In this document: piece by piece, positions 22,963-32,634 of the stretch
Numbering within the stretch: position 1 is the first letter of the stretch
How the letters are laid out: each line of letters starts with the position of its first letter
Virus record (IMG/VR): IMGVR_UViG_3300027805_000010
Location: 14,610-78,609 of that record
Direction: 5' to 3' (one strand)
Length of the DNA: 64,000 nucleotides
Source: a virus
Translations under genes and position numbers: made by a program
Notes under the pieces: model-generated
What the model saw: only the letters and a program-made list of their open reading frames with translations
Told to the model about the DNA's origin: nothing
The model's database searches: none

Positions 22963-23525
22963 TGAAAGCACACAGGATTTTTACAAAAGGGCAACATGTC
23001 TATTGTTTACTATCATCATTCAGTAGACCTAATGTTCTTATACCAATAAAGGGTGTTGTAATTGATACCGCATGGGATCCTGTTAATCCTCTCTACAAAA
23101 TAAAGATTATCAAAATGTATGATAATATGAAGTTCCTCAAAACTTATTTTTTTGATATGAACTTCCGTTATGAGTTTGATAATCGTGCTAGAAAAATGCC
23201 TCTTAAGAAAGATGATTATAATACTACAAAATCATTAGAGGACAGGCTTAATGAAAATGACTACGAAAGATTCTATGTAATCGTTGAATCTGTTATGTGC
23301 ACTAAAACAAAGGTTGATCTACAGAAACTTTTTGAGCGTGTACAATTCTATATTATTTCAAAAAATTTAAAGGAGATCAGAGAAATATCAACCAGACCAT
23401 TTTTCAAAGGATCATTATCATTAGATAGTGTTAACGAATTTGATATTAGGTTTAAAAAAGGATGGTCTGATAAGTTCCAACAATCAGGAATAGACATCAA
23501 TAAATATCTAACCAGTTTAGGTTAA
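22962..23525 (+). CDS. Hypothetical protein (SH3/KOW-like N-terminus)
   Basis: TAATG coupling; FTKGQHVYC...KGVV...YKIK. Confidence 0.6.
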   Translation: MKAHRIFTKGQHVYCLLSSFSRPNVLIPIKGVVIDTAWDPVNPLYKIKIIKMYDNMKFLKTYFFDMNFRYEFDNRARKMPLKKDDYNTTKSLEDRLNENDYERFYVIVESVMCTKTKVDLQKLFERVQFYIISKNLKEIREISTRPFFKGSLSLDSVNEFDIRFKKGWSDKFQQSGIDINKYLTSLG

Positions 23526-23552
23526 ATATATACTAAAAATAGATCATAGTCT

Positions 23553-25361
23553 ATGAGAGATGGTGTTAGTACTACAGGTAGCGCGTTACCTCCTAATCCT
23601 GCAAGTATCAATGGTGGTGTTTTAGGAACATTTGGTGGAGAGTCTGCTGGTTTTGCTCAGGAAGTTTTACATGAAGTTACCAAAAACTTTTATACTAAAA
23701 GAGCAGTAGGTGATGCATTTACTGTTGCAAAAGGTATGGGTACGCCGATTCCTAGATCTATATTTAATGAATATGCTCTATTTAACTTTAGAGGTATGTA
23801 TGGTGGTTTAACTGGGGGCGAACCGTTTAGATATTTTACAGATAAAGCTAATAACCCTCTTATGGGAGGATACGATGCGCATAATGTAACTATACCTAGA
23901 CTAATAGAATTCTTTGATAGTTTTTATCCTAAGATTAGTTATAAAGCGCAAGACTTCTTATATCTCAAATACTATAAGAAAATTCCAGTAAACCATTTAG
24001 TAACTTTAAGAAGGTTTCCGGTACCAGTAAATGATAACATATTTGATTTATCTTTAAAATATCCAGAAACACCAGAAGGTGGTAAACCTGAAGATGCTGT
24101 AATGAAAGTTGCAGATGTTACTCAGGTTGCTGGTGTAACCGCCGTTACATACTTAGGTGAAACGGCAGGTAATAAGATTGATGATATTCTTAAATTTTCA
24201 TACGGATTAAATTGGAAAGAAATTGAATCCAAAATGGAAGCTGTACAAAGTAGTGCAGGAAGTTATACACAACAACCATTCTATAGTAAGATAGGTGGTA
24301 TTGGACGTGCAACTGCAGATGCATTTAAAGGCATTAGCCCAGGTACTAAATTTAGAAGACAAAATGATCCGAATTCAGGCGAAGACCGTTTCGGAACTAC
24401 ATATGCCAACTTTGTAATTGGTCCAGTAAACGTAGTAAATAAAACTAACGTTAGAGACATGGGACTTAAGTTTGAAAATGACATTAAGTTAAACTTTGAA
24501 TATGAACTTAAATCTCTAAACTATGTTAACCCAAAAATTGCAATGATTGATATCATTAGTAATATGTTAACCATGACAACTAATAATGCACAGTTCTTTG
24601 GTGGTGGACATAGATATTACGGAAGTGCAGGTTATGTTGCTAGTACATTTGGTGATATGGGTAAACTAAGACAAGGTGATTTTGCAGGATATATTGGATC
24701 CGTTGTTAGAGATGTTGAAACTGGATTTAAGAGTGTATTTGGTGGTGGCACTGGGGAAATTAATCTAGAAAATGGTATAGACGGTTTACTAAAAGTAGGT
24801 AAGACTTTATTAGGAAATATGCTAGGTGGATTTCTCGGCGAGAATATGGGGGCAATTAATGGTAGTACGGCAACAGCTGCATTTATTAGCGCTGAACCTA
24901 CAGGTAACTGGCATATCACAGTAGGTAACCCTCTTAATCCAATCGTTATGATGGGAAATATGTACTGTGACAATTCAACAATGACATTAGGTCATGGATT
25001 AGGTTATGATGATTTTCCAATGGAGGTTAAATTTGAAGTTGATCTAAAACATGGTAAGCCTAGAGATAAGGGAGACATTGAAAATATGTTTAACGGTGGC
25101 CGTGGTAGAATTTATGCATCTGTTGCAGATGAAAAAGATATCCTAAATCTTAAAGGTGCTGATGTTGCTACATATGGGTCTGTTAAAGCAGGTAAAGCTA
25201 ATTTACAGAAAACACAATCAGGTGCACAAGCTGGAAGTGTTAATTCAAATTCAATAAGTAACACTAAGTCTAGCCCCGGTACTAAACCTAAGTCTAGTAT
25301 ATTCACAAGCAATGATTCACAATATGTACATAATGTGGTTTCCATGATAATTGATTCATAA
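23553..25361 (+). CDS. Putative baseplate/tail-tube initiator (gp48/gp54-like)
   Basis: Directly upstream of gp53/gp27/gp5-like genes; tube-fold-like strands IKLNFEYEL and DDFPMEVKFEVDLK; AATATATA at 23525. Confidence 0.45.
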   Translation: MRDGVSTTGSALPPNPASINGGVLGTFGGESAGFAQEVLHEVTKNFYTKRAVGDAFTVAKGMGTPIPRSIFNEYALFNFRGMYGGLTGGEPFRYFTDKANNPLMGGYDAHNVTIPRLIEFFDSFYPKISYKAQDFLYLKYYKKIPVNHLVTLRRFPVPVNDNIFDLSLKYPETPEGGKPEDAVMKVADVTQVAGVTAVTYLGETAGNKIDDILKFSYGLNWKEIESKMEAVQSSAGSYTQQPFYSKIGGIGRATADAFKGISPGTKFRRQNDPNSGEDRFGTTYANFVIGPVNVVNKTNVRDMGLKFENDIKLNFEYELKSLNYVNPKIAMIDIISNMLTMTTNNAQFFGGGHRYYGSAGYVASTFGDMGKLRQGDFAGYIGSVVRDVETGFKSVFGGGTGEINLENGIDGLLKVGKTLLGNMLGGFLGENMGAINGSTATAAFISAEPTGNWHITVGNPLNPIVMMGNMYCDNSTMTLGHGLGYDDFPMEVKFEVDLKHGKPRDKGDIENMFNGGRGRIYASVADEKDILNLKGADVATYGSVKAGKANLQKTQSGAQAGSVNSNSISNTKSSPGTKPKSSIFTSNDSQYVHNVVSMIIDS

Positions 25362-25374
25362 AAAATAAAGTGTA

Positions 25375-25935
25375 ATGAACGTTAAATCCTTAACATTAAA
25401 AAATAAACTGGTTGACGAAAAGACTGGTGAGTTTTATTTTGACTTAACTGCGCCTTCATTTGTATATGAAGCAGATCTTGGTGTTAAAGCATTGCACTAT
25501 GTAATGCCTGATCAAATTGGACGAATTGATAAAATATCAGAAATCTATTTTGGTAGCTCTGAATACATTGATGCGATATGTGTAATCAATAACATATTTA
25601 ATCCATTCATAATACAAGAAGGTGATGTTCTTGTTATTCCTGATTTATCAAGACCTGATCTTGTTTATCAACGACCTAACCCAGCATCTAGGCCAACTCC
25701 TACACAGGAACCTTATGTTGATACTGGACGTCAATCACAAAAGGATCAATCTAGAGTTCAGAGACTTATACAAAAAGCAAAAGAAAAACCAGCAGGAGTA
25801 AAAACCCCTCTCCCTCCTAATATGCTACAGCCCGGTCAGGATGTTAAAGTATATGAAGGCGGTAATATTAAATTAGGAGCAAACTTACCTTCTAGAAGCA
25901 CTTTTATTAACGCAAACGATAGTAGTAATAGATAA
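25375..25935 (+). CDS. Baseplate wedge protein, gp53/LysM-like
   Basis: GRIDKISEIYFG...ICVINNIFNPF.IQEGDVLVIP. Confidence 0.7.
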   Translation: MNVKSLTLKNKLVDEKTGEFYFDLTAPSFVYEADLGVKALHYVMPDQIGRIDKISEIYFGSSEYIDAICVINNIFNPFIIQEGDVLVIPDLSRPDLVYQRPNPASRPTPTQEPYVDTGRQSQKDQSRVQRLIQKAKEKPAGVKTPLPPNMLQPGQDVKVYEGGNIKLGANLPSRSTFINANDSSNR

Positions 25936-27416
25936 TGTCAGCAATTGAAAGAAACATATTAACAATAATTGAACCAACAATTGTATTAGATGAATTAAAG
26001 ATTCCTGATATTGAAAGCGGCACAGCAAATTCAAATGGCAGTGCAGCAAAAGAAAAGCCCAGTAAATTTGCTAACGTTATACCTATTGTCAAAATAAATC
26101 AATATGATGTTCAGGGTGATAGATTAGAAATGTTTGAAATTGACTGCACTGGGTTTTACCCAACATGTAGATTTTCATTCTCTGATAGGGACGGTATGTT
26201 TACTGCAAGACACTTCCCAAAGGACGGTGATATTATTCAAGTCTATATAAGATCAGCTGGTGAAGAAACTACATTTAAGCCAATACGAATTGATTTTACT
26301 ATTGAAGATATTAAACCAATAGGTGGTGGAGGATCAACTAATGAAGCAAGTCAAATTTTAGTTGAAGGTAGAATGAATGTACCTAATCTGTTTACAGAGA
26401 AGGTTGAGTTCCAAGAAGGTAATAGCTGGGATGCTTTATTAAATATTGCAGAAGGTTTAAAGTTAGGATATGCATCCAATGTTGATTTAACAGATGATGC
26501 TCAGGTGTGGACAAATTCATATGATACTTCAATGAAATTTATACAGGACATTACGGCAAATGTATATCTTAATGATGAATCATTTTTTACATCATACATT
26601 GATCCTTATTATTACTTAACCCTAGTTGATGTAAACAAACTATTTGGGCAAGAAACAGATTTAGAATCATCATTAATGTTTACACAAAATGCAGGAGATA
26701 CTATGGGAGCAGGTGATCCTAAAGATTCTGAATATCAAATGCCTAATATGCTAAGTAATATGATACAGATGCAAGGCACCGCTAGATACATTTCTAGGTA
26801 TCAACAAATAAACAGAAGTGGTCAAATCAGTAAGGATAATGGTTATAAAAGATACACTCAATTTTGGGATCTTAACTCTAAAGAATTTATCAGTGAATTC
26901 GTTGATCCTATTATGGGTGATACCCCAGGTATGGTACCTGTGACAAAAGGAAGACTGATTAATGGGGAAGTTGAAGGCCCACGTAATGATCAAGTTAAAT
27001 ACAAGTATCTAGGTACACAAGGCGACAATGTTCATCCTAATTACATGTATAGTGCAATTCTAAATTATCAAAACTTAGTAGAGATTAATAAATTTGGAAT
27101 GATTGTTGAATTAGACATGATTAATCCTGCAATCTGGAGATACAGTAGAATTTATTGCCAAATATTAGAATTTGGTCAAAATGTTAAAGATGTTCTTACT
27201 GCGCCTAGTAATGATCCAAATGTACCAAGCGGTACTAAGAGAAGACAGGAAACTCCAAATAACGTAGGAAGCGATAGTAGTTCTGATAATGGAGTTATCA
27301 ATGAATATCTTACCGGGTTTTATGTTATCACTGGTATTGATTATATTTTAACAAAGCCAGGTGGCTTACGTCAAAGACTACATTTACGTAGAAGAGAAGT
27401 GGTTCCAACTACATAA
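25935..27416 (+). CDS. Baseplate hub protein (gp27-like)
   Basis: Position between gp53- and gp5-like genes; C-terminal LTGFYVITGIDY...QRLHLRRRE hub signature. Confidence 0.6.
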   Translation: MSAIERNILTIIEPTIVLDELKIPDIESGTANSNGSAAKEKPSKFANVIPIVKINQYDVQGDRLEMFEIDCTGFYPTCRFSFSDRDGMFTARHFPKDGDIIQVYIRSAGEETTFKPIRIDFTIEDIKPIGGGGSTNEASQILVEGRMNVPNLFTEKVEFQEGNSWDALLNIAEGLKLGYASNVDLTDDAQVWTNSYDTSMKFIQDITANVYLNDESFFTSYIDPYYYLTLVDVNKLFGQETDLESSLMFTQNAGDTMGAGDPKDSEYQMPNMLSNMIQMQGTARYISRYQQINRSGQISKDNGYKRYTQFWDLNSKEFISEFVDPIMGDTPGMVPVTKGRLINGEVEGPRNDQVKYKYLGTQGDNVHPNYMYSAILNYQNLVEINKFGMIVELDMINPAIWRYSRIYCQILEFGQNVKDVLTAPSNDPNVPSGTKRRQETPNNVGSDSSSDNGVINEYLTGFYVITGIDYILTKPGGLRQRLHLRRREVVPTT

Positions 27417-27440
27417 AATAAATAAAAAAACAAATAAGTA

Positions 27441-28808
27441 ATGCCAATTAATGAACCATATAATCCTGTAAATGATCCTACTATAAATCCGTTTGCTAGG
27501 AGACGTGGAAATTTTATTAAGACATTTGTAACACCAGCTAGTTCAGTTTCTGGTGGAGGCAATGGTGTTACCAGTTTAGATGATCCAACCTATTTAGGAT
27601 TTTCGCTAAGATTCGATATATCAAGTCCACTATTTAATGGAGCTGCGAATGGAACACCTGCAAAACCACCGAGTGAAACTCCATTGGTTGATGCGATTGG
27701 AGATAGTTTATTAGGACCAGCCCCAGAGCCACCATTAAGTGGCGAAGAAGGACAATTTATACCAGGCGGTGAATCAGCAATAGGTTACTTAAAAAAAGTT
27801 GGAGAAAAAACTAGAGCATCATATCTAGCTTCATTTATACAAGGTCTTCGTGAAGTTAATGAATACCGACCTTATTATTGGCAAACTATTGAAGGTTTAA
27901 ATGATGCATGGACTAAATCTTTAAATATGCTTGATCCGTTTCAGGGATCAGGTGATGGTGAAGGTATTACAATCGGTTGTCTTGAGGCGGTTGATTTAAA
28001 GATAAGCGCGCTATTTAATTTATATAAATCTGCTGTTTATGATGTTGGATATAAAAGAACAGTTCTACCAAAGAACTTAATGTATTTTAGAGTTTATGTT
28101 GATGTTTATGAAATAAGAAGATTCAAATCAACACAAGGCTGGTTAACAAAGCTTAATCCTAATGCTCCACAAAACGATGTAGATAGATTTCTAAATGATA
28201 ACACTTCAAGAATAACTTTTGTTTTTGACGAATGTCAATGGATGCCTGAAGCAAGCGGTAAAGTATTTGATAATGTTACTAATGCAGGAGGAAATGAAAT
28301 GTCTGCAACTAGCATGAAATGGTCATATAGTACAATTTCAATGATATCTGATTTTGCAGGAATAGATCAGGAGTTAAGCGATAAAGCTAAATTACAAACC
28401 CAAGGTGGATTAGGAGCCGCTGTTAAAAATGCCGCTAAGAATCAGGCACTTAAGGCAGCTAACGCCGCATTAAATAGAGGAGTAGGCGCAGTTAAAGCTT
28501 TGGCACAAGGCGCAATATTAGGTAATGCATTTGGTCTGAGAAATCAAATCATTGGAGTATTACAAAATCCAGGAGCTGTATCAAGTGCTATAGCAGGTGC
28601 TATGGTACAATCAGGTGGATCTTCTTCCAATATTAAACTAGGTGATAATCCTTTAGGCGCTGGTATACAACCAGGTGGATCTTTACCAACTGATAATATC
28701 TATTTAGGATTAGTCCCTGGCAGTGGATCTCAATTAGGATCTTCTAATGTATTTGGTCCTGGTCCTTCTGGCCCTGGTCCTTTAGAATCTAATAACGTAT
28801 TTGGTTAA
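27441..28808 (+). CDS. Putative tail-tube-fold baseplate protein
   Basis: Context; ITIGCLEAVDLKI and FVFDEC strands; Gly-rich C-terminus. Confidence 0.45.
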   Translation: MPINEPYNPVNDPTINPFARRRGNFIKTFVTPASSVSGGGNGVTSLDDPTYLGFSLRFDISSPLFNGAANGTPAKPPSETPLVDAIGDSLLGPAPEPPLSGEEGQFIPGGESAIGYLKKVGEKTRASYLASFIQGLREVNEYRPYYWQTIEGLNDAWTKSLNMLDPFQGSGDGEGITIGCLEAVDLKISALFNLYKSAVYDVGYKRTVLPKNLMYFRVYVDVYEIRRFKSTQGWLTKLNPNAPQNDVDRFLNDNTSRITFVFDECQWMPEASGKVFDNVTNAGGNEMSATSMKWSYSTISMISDFAGIDQELSDKAKLQTQGGLGAAVKNAAKNQALKAANAALNRGVGAVKALAQGAILGNAFGLRNQIIGVLQNPGAVSSAIAGAMVQSGGSSSNIKLGDNPLGAGIQPGGSLPTDNIYLGLVPGSGSQLGSSNVFGPGPSGPGPLESNNVFG

Positions 28809-29704
28809 TGAAGTTATCAGCAAAAGATTTAAAAACAGATGATTTAAAAGGATCACAGTGGATTGGTATCGTTGAAGATACTAATGATGATCTATTTGAA
28901 GGTCGATGCAAAATTAGAGTACTCGGCAAAATGGATCAGCGAGTTGATCCAGCCGATCCTGCTAGCGATTTTGTTTTACCTACACAAGCTCTACCTTGGG
29001 CTAGGCCTTCTGTTGCTTCATCGGGTGGTAGTCAAACCGGAAGTGGAACATTCTCTGTACCTAAATTAGGAACCGTTCTTAGAATTACATTTGACAATGG
29101 AAATTACTATTCTCCAGTTTATCATGAATCTATTTATCCTTCAGATGAATTAAAGACAGAAATTCAAAACTCATATCCTAACTCTCATATACTTATTTAT
29201 GATACCGCGTTTGGTTTAACTGGTGGTGGTAATGAAGAAGTAACAAACGAAAGGGAAGGGGAAAGTATAAAAGTTTTCTTCACAGAAGAAAAAGGATTAG
29301 TAATGGATTATACAACTGCGACTGGTCCAACCGTGATTAACATTAAACCAGATAACAGTGTTGAAATAACCAATGCAAATGGTGATACAATCGTTATGTT
29401 AAATGATGGTAATATTACATTTACACATTCAGCTAAGTTCATTATTAATAGTACTGATAACACAGAGATCAATTGTAAAGACGCAATCATAAAATGTCAA
29501 ACGGCAGATGTAACTGCATCTACTAAAGCAATTATTGATTCTCCTAAAATTGAGTTAGGTAGAGGAGCAACGGAATCTGTTATTAAAGGTGATGCATTTG
29601 CACAAATCTTTGATAATCATATTCACCCAACTCCATCAGGACCTAGTTCAAAACCAATTGTATCAATGAAATCAACTTTAAGTAAAGTTTCTGCAACTAA
29701 ATAA
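28808..29704 (+). CDS. Baseplate central spike, gp5/VgrG-like (OB-fold + beta-helix, no lysozyme domain)
   Basis: WIGIVED..D....GRCKIRV, LPWA, SVPKLG; C-terminal FDNHIH (HxH iron-binding tip). Confidence 0.85.
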   Translation: MKLSAKDLKTDDLKGSQWIGIVEDTNDDLFEGRCKIRVLGKMDQRVDPADPASDFVLPTQALPWARPSVASSGGSQTGSGTFSVPKLGTVLRITFDNGNYYSPVYHESIYPSDELKTEIQNSYPNSHILIYDTAFGLTGGGNEEVTNEREGESIKVFFTEEKGLVMDYTTATGPTVINIKPDNSVEITNANGDTIVMLNDGNITFTHSAKFIINSTDNTEINCKDAIIKCQTADVTASTKAIIDSPKIELGRGATESVIKGDAFAQIFDNHIHPTPSGPSSKPIVSMKSTLSKVSATK

Positions 29705-29706
29705 TT

Positions 29707-30342
29707 ATGCCGGCAAATTGGTCAACCTTTAGAAGTAATATGAAAGCTAAGTTAGGTACTCCTAACCAGCGAACAATATCTGAGATTGCAGATATCCATG
29801 CAACTGAATATGTTAATGCAGTTAAATCTGCGCAATTAGTTATAACATCAAGTAAGGTAACTATTGGAGTAAACAAAGGCGTGGTTAAGTCTGCATATGA
29901 AGCTGCGTTTAACAAACTCTTTAAAGAAACAACTGAAATGTCACCTAATTACAAAGGAGATAATCCTAACCCAAATCAAGAAGATTCCAGAAATAAGATA
30001 GAAGCAATCTTTGCGCCAGTTGCAACAGCAATTACGGTGGAATGGGCAAAAGAAATATTTACTCCAGTTACGGTACCGGTTGGATATGTTTTACCAACTA
30101 CAGGTTACCAGGTATTAGTACCAGGAGATCCTAACGCTCTCAAGAAAGATTTAGCTAAAGCCTTTTTTATTGCACAATCAGAGACTAATCAAGAAACTGC
30201 ATTTAATGTTTTTATTACTGCTCTTATCGCAGCATATGCCGAACATCTCCTTAAAATAGCAGGAGTCTTTAACGGATTAATTCCGGTACCATCGGCACCA
30301 CCGGTTCCAGGTCCACCCTTTCCATGGGTTGGTGTTGTGTAA
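29707..30342 (+). CDS. Hypothetical structural protein (spike-associated)
   Basis: Immediately after the gp5-like gene; Pro-rich P.PW.G C-terminus. Confidence 0.55.
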   Translation: MPANWSTFRSNMKAKLGTPNQRTISEIADIHATEYVNAVKSAQLVITSSKVTIGVNKGVVKSAYEAAFNKLFKETTEMSPNYKGDNPNPNQEDSRNKIEAIFAPVATAITVEWAKEIFTPVTVPVGYVLPTTGYQVLVPGDPNALKKDLAKAFFIAQSETNQETAFNVFITALIAAYAEHLLKIAGVFNGLIPVPSAPPVPGPPFPWVGVV

Positions 30343-30431
30343 ATGAAACAATTCTAGTATTCATACATAAAATATCTAAAGTAGACGACTAATATATAAT
30401 CTATAGTTAACATCCTAATGTAAAAAAAATA

Positions 30432-31586
30432 ATGATCGAACAAGAAATTACAATCCAAATTGGAGAAAGTCCATTTGACACAAAAAAAGTTAAAGTTCAA
30501 GTACCACACGGCACGAAAATATTATGTACTGAAAGCTATGTACTAGAATCCTTAGCATTATATGGCTTAGGGGAAGACATAGAAGGTAATATACAAAAAT
30601 GTGAAAACAAAGAAAAGTATATTACACAAGGTGAAATCGTAGTGATATCTAGAGATAAAGCCGGAAATAAAGAAAGCGCATTAATTGATATAGGATCTAA
30701 ATTTACTGCCTTCTGTTCCTTATTAAAAGAACCTAAAGAAATTATTGATCAACTTGAAGTAGGCATGACGGTTGATGTTAAAGTAAAAACAGCGCCAAAT
30801 GGTACTGTAATGGCTTCAATATCAGATGCAATAGATGAAGTTAAATTTAATGAAATCTATAATGCGGTTGGAAATAAATCAATTGGATTTAATGGACAAA
30901 TCGTTGAACTTATTAATGGAGGTTACTGGGTAGATCTTGCTGGAATTAAATGCTTTATGCCAGGTTCTCTTGCTGGTCTAAATAAATTATGGAACTTTGA
31001 ATCTATTGTTGGCGAAACTCTAATCGTTATGCCAGTATCATATTCTATAGAAAAGAATACAATAATTGTTTCTCATAGAGAATATCTTAATACACTTATT
31101 CCAAATGCAATTGATGATCTTAATGAAAATATTAAGGATCACTTAACTGGAGTTGTTACAGGTACTACCAAGTTTGGAGTATTTGCTGAATTTAATAAGT
31201 GCTTAACTGGATTGATTCCTAACACTGAATTGGACGAAGAAACACTAGATAAATTCAATAGATATGAAATTAAACCTGGTGATGAAATATCTTTCTGGAC
31301 TAAAGAGATAATTAATGATAAGAAAATTATTTTAACTCAAACTGGACCAAAGGAAGATCTTTGGGATAAGATTGATGAAAAGTATAAACCTATGATGATT
31401 GCCCCAGGTGTTGTAACAAAGGTTACAAAGTATGGTGCTTTCGTTGAATTAGAGAAAGGTATTAGTGGTCTTATTCATAAAACTAAACTTAAAGAAACTT
31501 CGTTAGATCGAGGCGATAAGGTTAGTATTAGAATTCAAGCTGTTAATTCATCTGAGAGAAAGATAACGATGACCCTTGCTGATTAA
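30432..31586 (+). CDS. rpsA: Ribosomal protein S1 homologue (four S1 domains)
   Basis: ALIDIGSK (D1-like), GGYWVDL.GIKCFMPGS (D2-like), GVVTGTTKFGVFAEF...GLI and GVVTKVTKYGAFVELEKGISGLIH (D3/D4-like). Confidence 0.85.
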   Translation: MIEQEITIQIGESPFDTKKVKVQVPHGTKILCTESYVLESLALYGLGEDIEGNIQKCENKEKYITQGEIVVISRDKAGNKESALIDIGSKFTAFCSLLKEPKEIIDQLEVGMTVDVKVKTAPNGTVMASISDAIDEVKFNEIYNAVGNKSIGFNGQIVELINGGYWVDLAGIKCFMPGSLAGLNKLWNFESIVGETLIVMPVSYSIEKNTIIVSHREYLNTLIPNAIDDLNENIKDHLTGVVTGTTKFGVFAEFNKCLTGLIPNTELDEETLDKFNRYEIKPGDEISFWTKEIINDKKIILTQTGPKEDLWDKIDEKYKPMMIAPGVVTKVTKYGAFVELEKGISGLIHKTKLKETSLDRGDKVSIRIQAVNSSERKITMTLAD

Positions 31587-31615
31587 CTTAGATATATAAA
31601 AAAAAATAAAACAAG

Positions 31616-32614
31616 ATGAATAGACAGGATATCCTTAAACAAATTCAGGAACAAAGCCGATTCACCTATGCACAGGCTAGAAAAAATGCTTTGCATGAAG
31701 CTGTAATTAATAATCCATTAGCTAATGCTGCTGCGGCGGGTGCTGCGGCAAGTGGTGGTGGAAGACCTACTGTATTTGAATTTGTAGTAAATACAACACA
31801 AGAACTTGACTTTAGATTTGAATTTGTTTCTACAGGTGAACCAATTGAATTTACTATTGATTGGGGTGATGGTAATATTCATGTAGATTCAGGTGGTGGA
31901 GGATTCTATTCAGAAGAACATACATATGACGAAGGCGGAGAGTACACAGTTAAAGTTACATTTGATGATCCTCTTAAAGTATTACAGTTGGATTTTCCAG
32001 GTTGGGATGATAATTATTCATCTTTAGTATCAATAACTGGTTTACAAACCCTTGCCAATTTACAACAGTTTAGAGCGGACTATAATTCATTAGTAAGCGT
32101 AGATTTTTCAGGAATGACTAATCTTACATATATTGATATAAGTGATTGTGATGATCTTGATACAGGCGCGCCATCATTAACAAGTGTTAATGTTTCAGGT
32201 TGTACTTCATTAGTATCTCTTTATCTTGATGACAGTGATTTTTCTGCTGGAACTCCAGATTTAACTGGTTTAAATAACCTTGAATTTATAGATATTGATG
32301 ATTGTAATATTACTAGTATTGACTTATCAATGTTGCCTTCTTTAAAAGGTTTTGATCTAAGTAATAACGACGGTATCACAAATGTAATTATATCAAATAC
32401 CCAGCCTCTTGGTGATGGCTATGATGTGGATGTGGATGACGGAGCTCTAACGGAAGAAGCTGTAGATAACATCTTAGTTGCTTTAAGTACTAATGGGATA
32501 GAAAATGGTTATGTTGATTTGGCCGGAGGTACCAATGCAATTCCTAGTGCAACTGGTCTTTCTGCTAAAACAGTCCTAGAGGGTAACGGCTGGAGTGTGA
32601 ATGTTAATTCATAA
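31616..32614 (+). CDS. PKD-domain + leucine-rich-repeat protein
   Basis: IDWGDG...HTY..GGEYTV (PKD); LxxLxxLxL repeats; Ala/Gly linker after the N-terminal helix; GATATATA at 31591. Confidence 0.75.
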   Translation: MNRQDILKQIQEQSRFTYAQARKNALHEAVINNPLANAAAAGAAASGGGRPTVFEFVVNTTQELDFRFEFVSTGEPIEFTIDWGDGNIHVDSGGGGFYSEEHTYDEGGEYTVKVTFDDPLKVLQLDFPGWDDNYSSLVSITGLQTLANLQQFRADYNSLVSVDFSGMTNLTYIDISDCDDLDTGAPSLTSVNVSGCTSLVSLYLDDSDFSAGTPDLTGLNNLEFIDIDDCNITSIDLSMLPSLKGFDLSNNDGITNVIISNTQPLGDGYDVDVDDGALTEEAVDNILVALSTNGIENGYVDLAGGTNAIPSATGLSAKTVLEGNGWSVNVNS

Positions 32615-32634
32615 AAGAAAATCATAGACCATAC

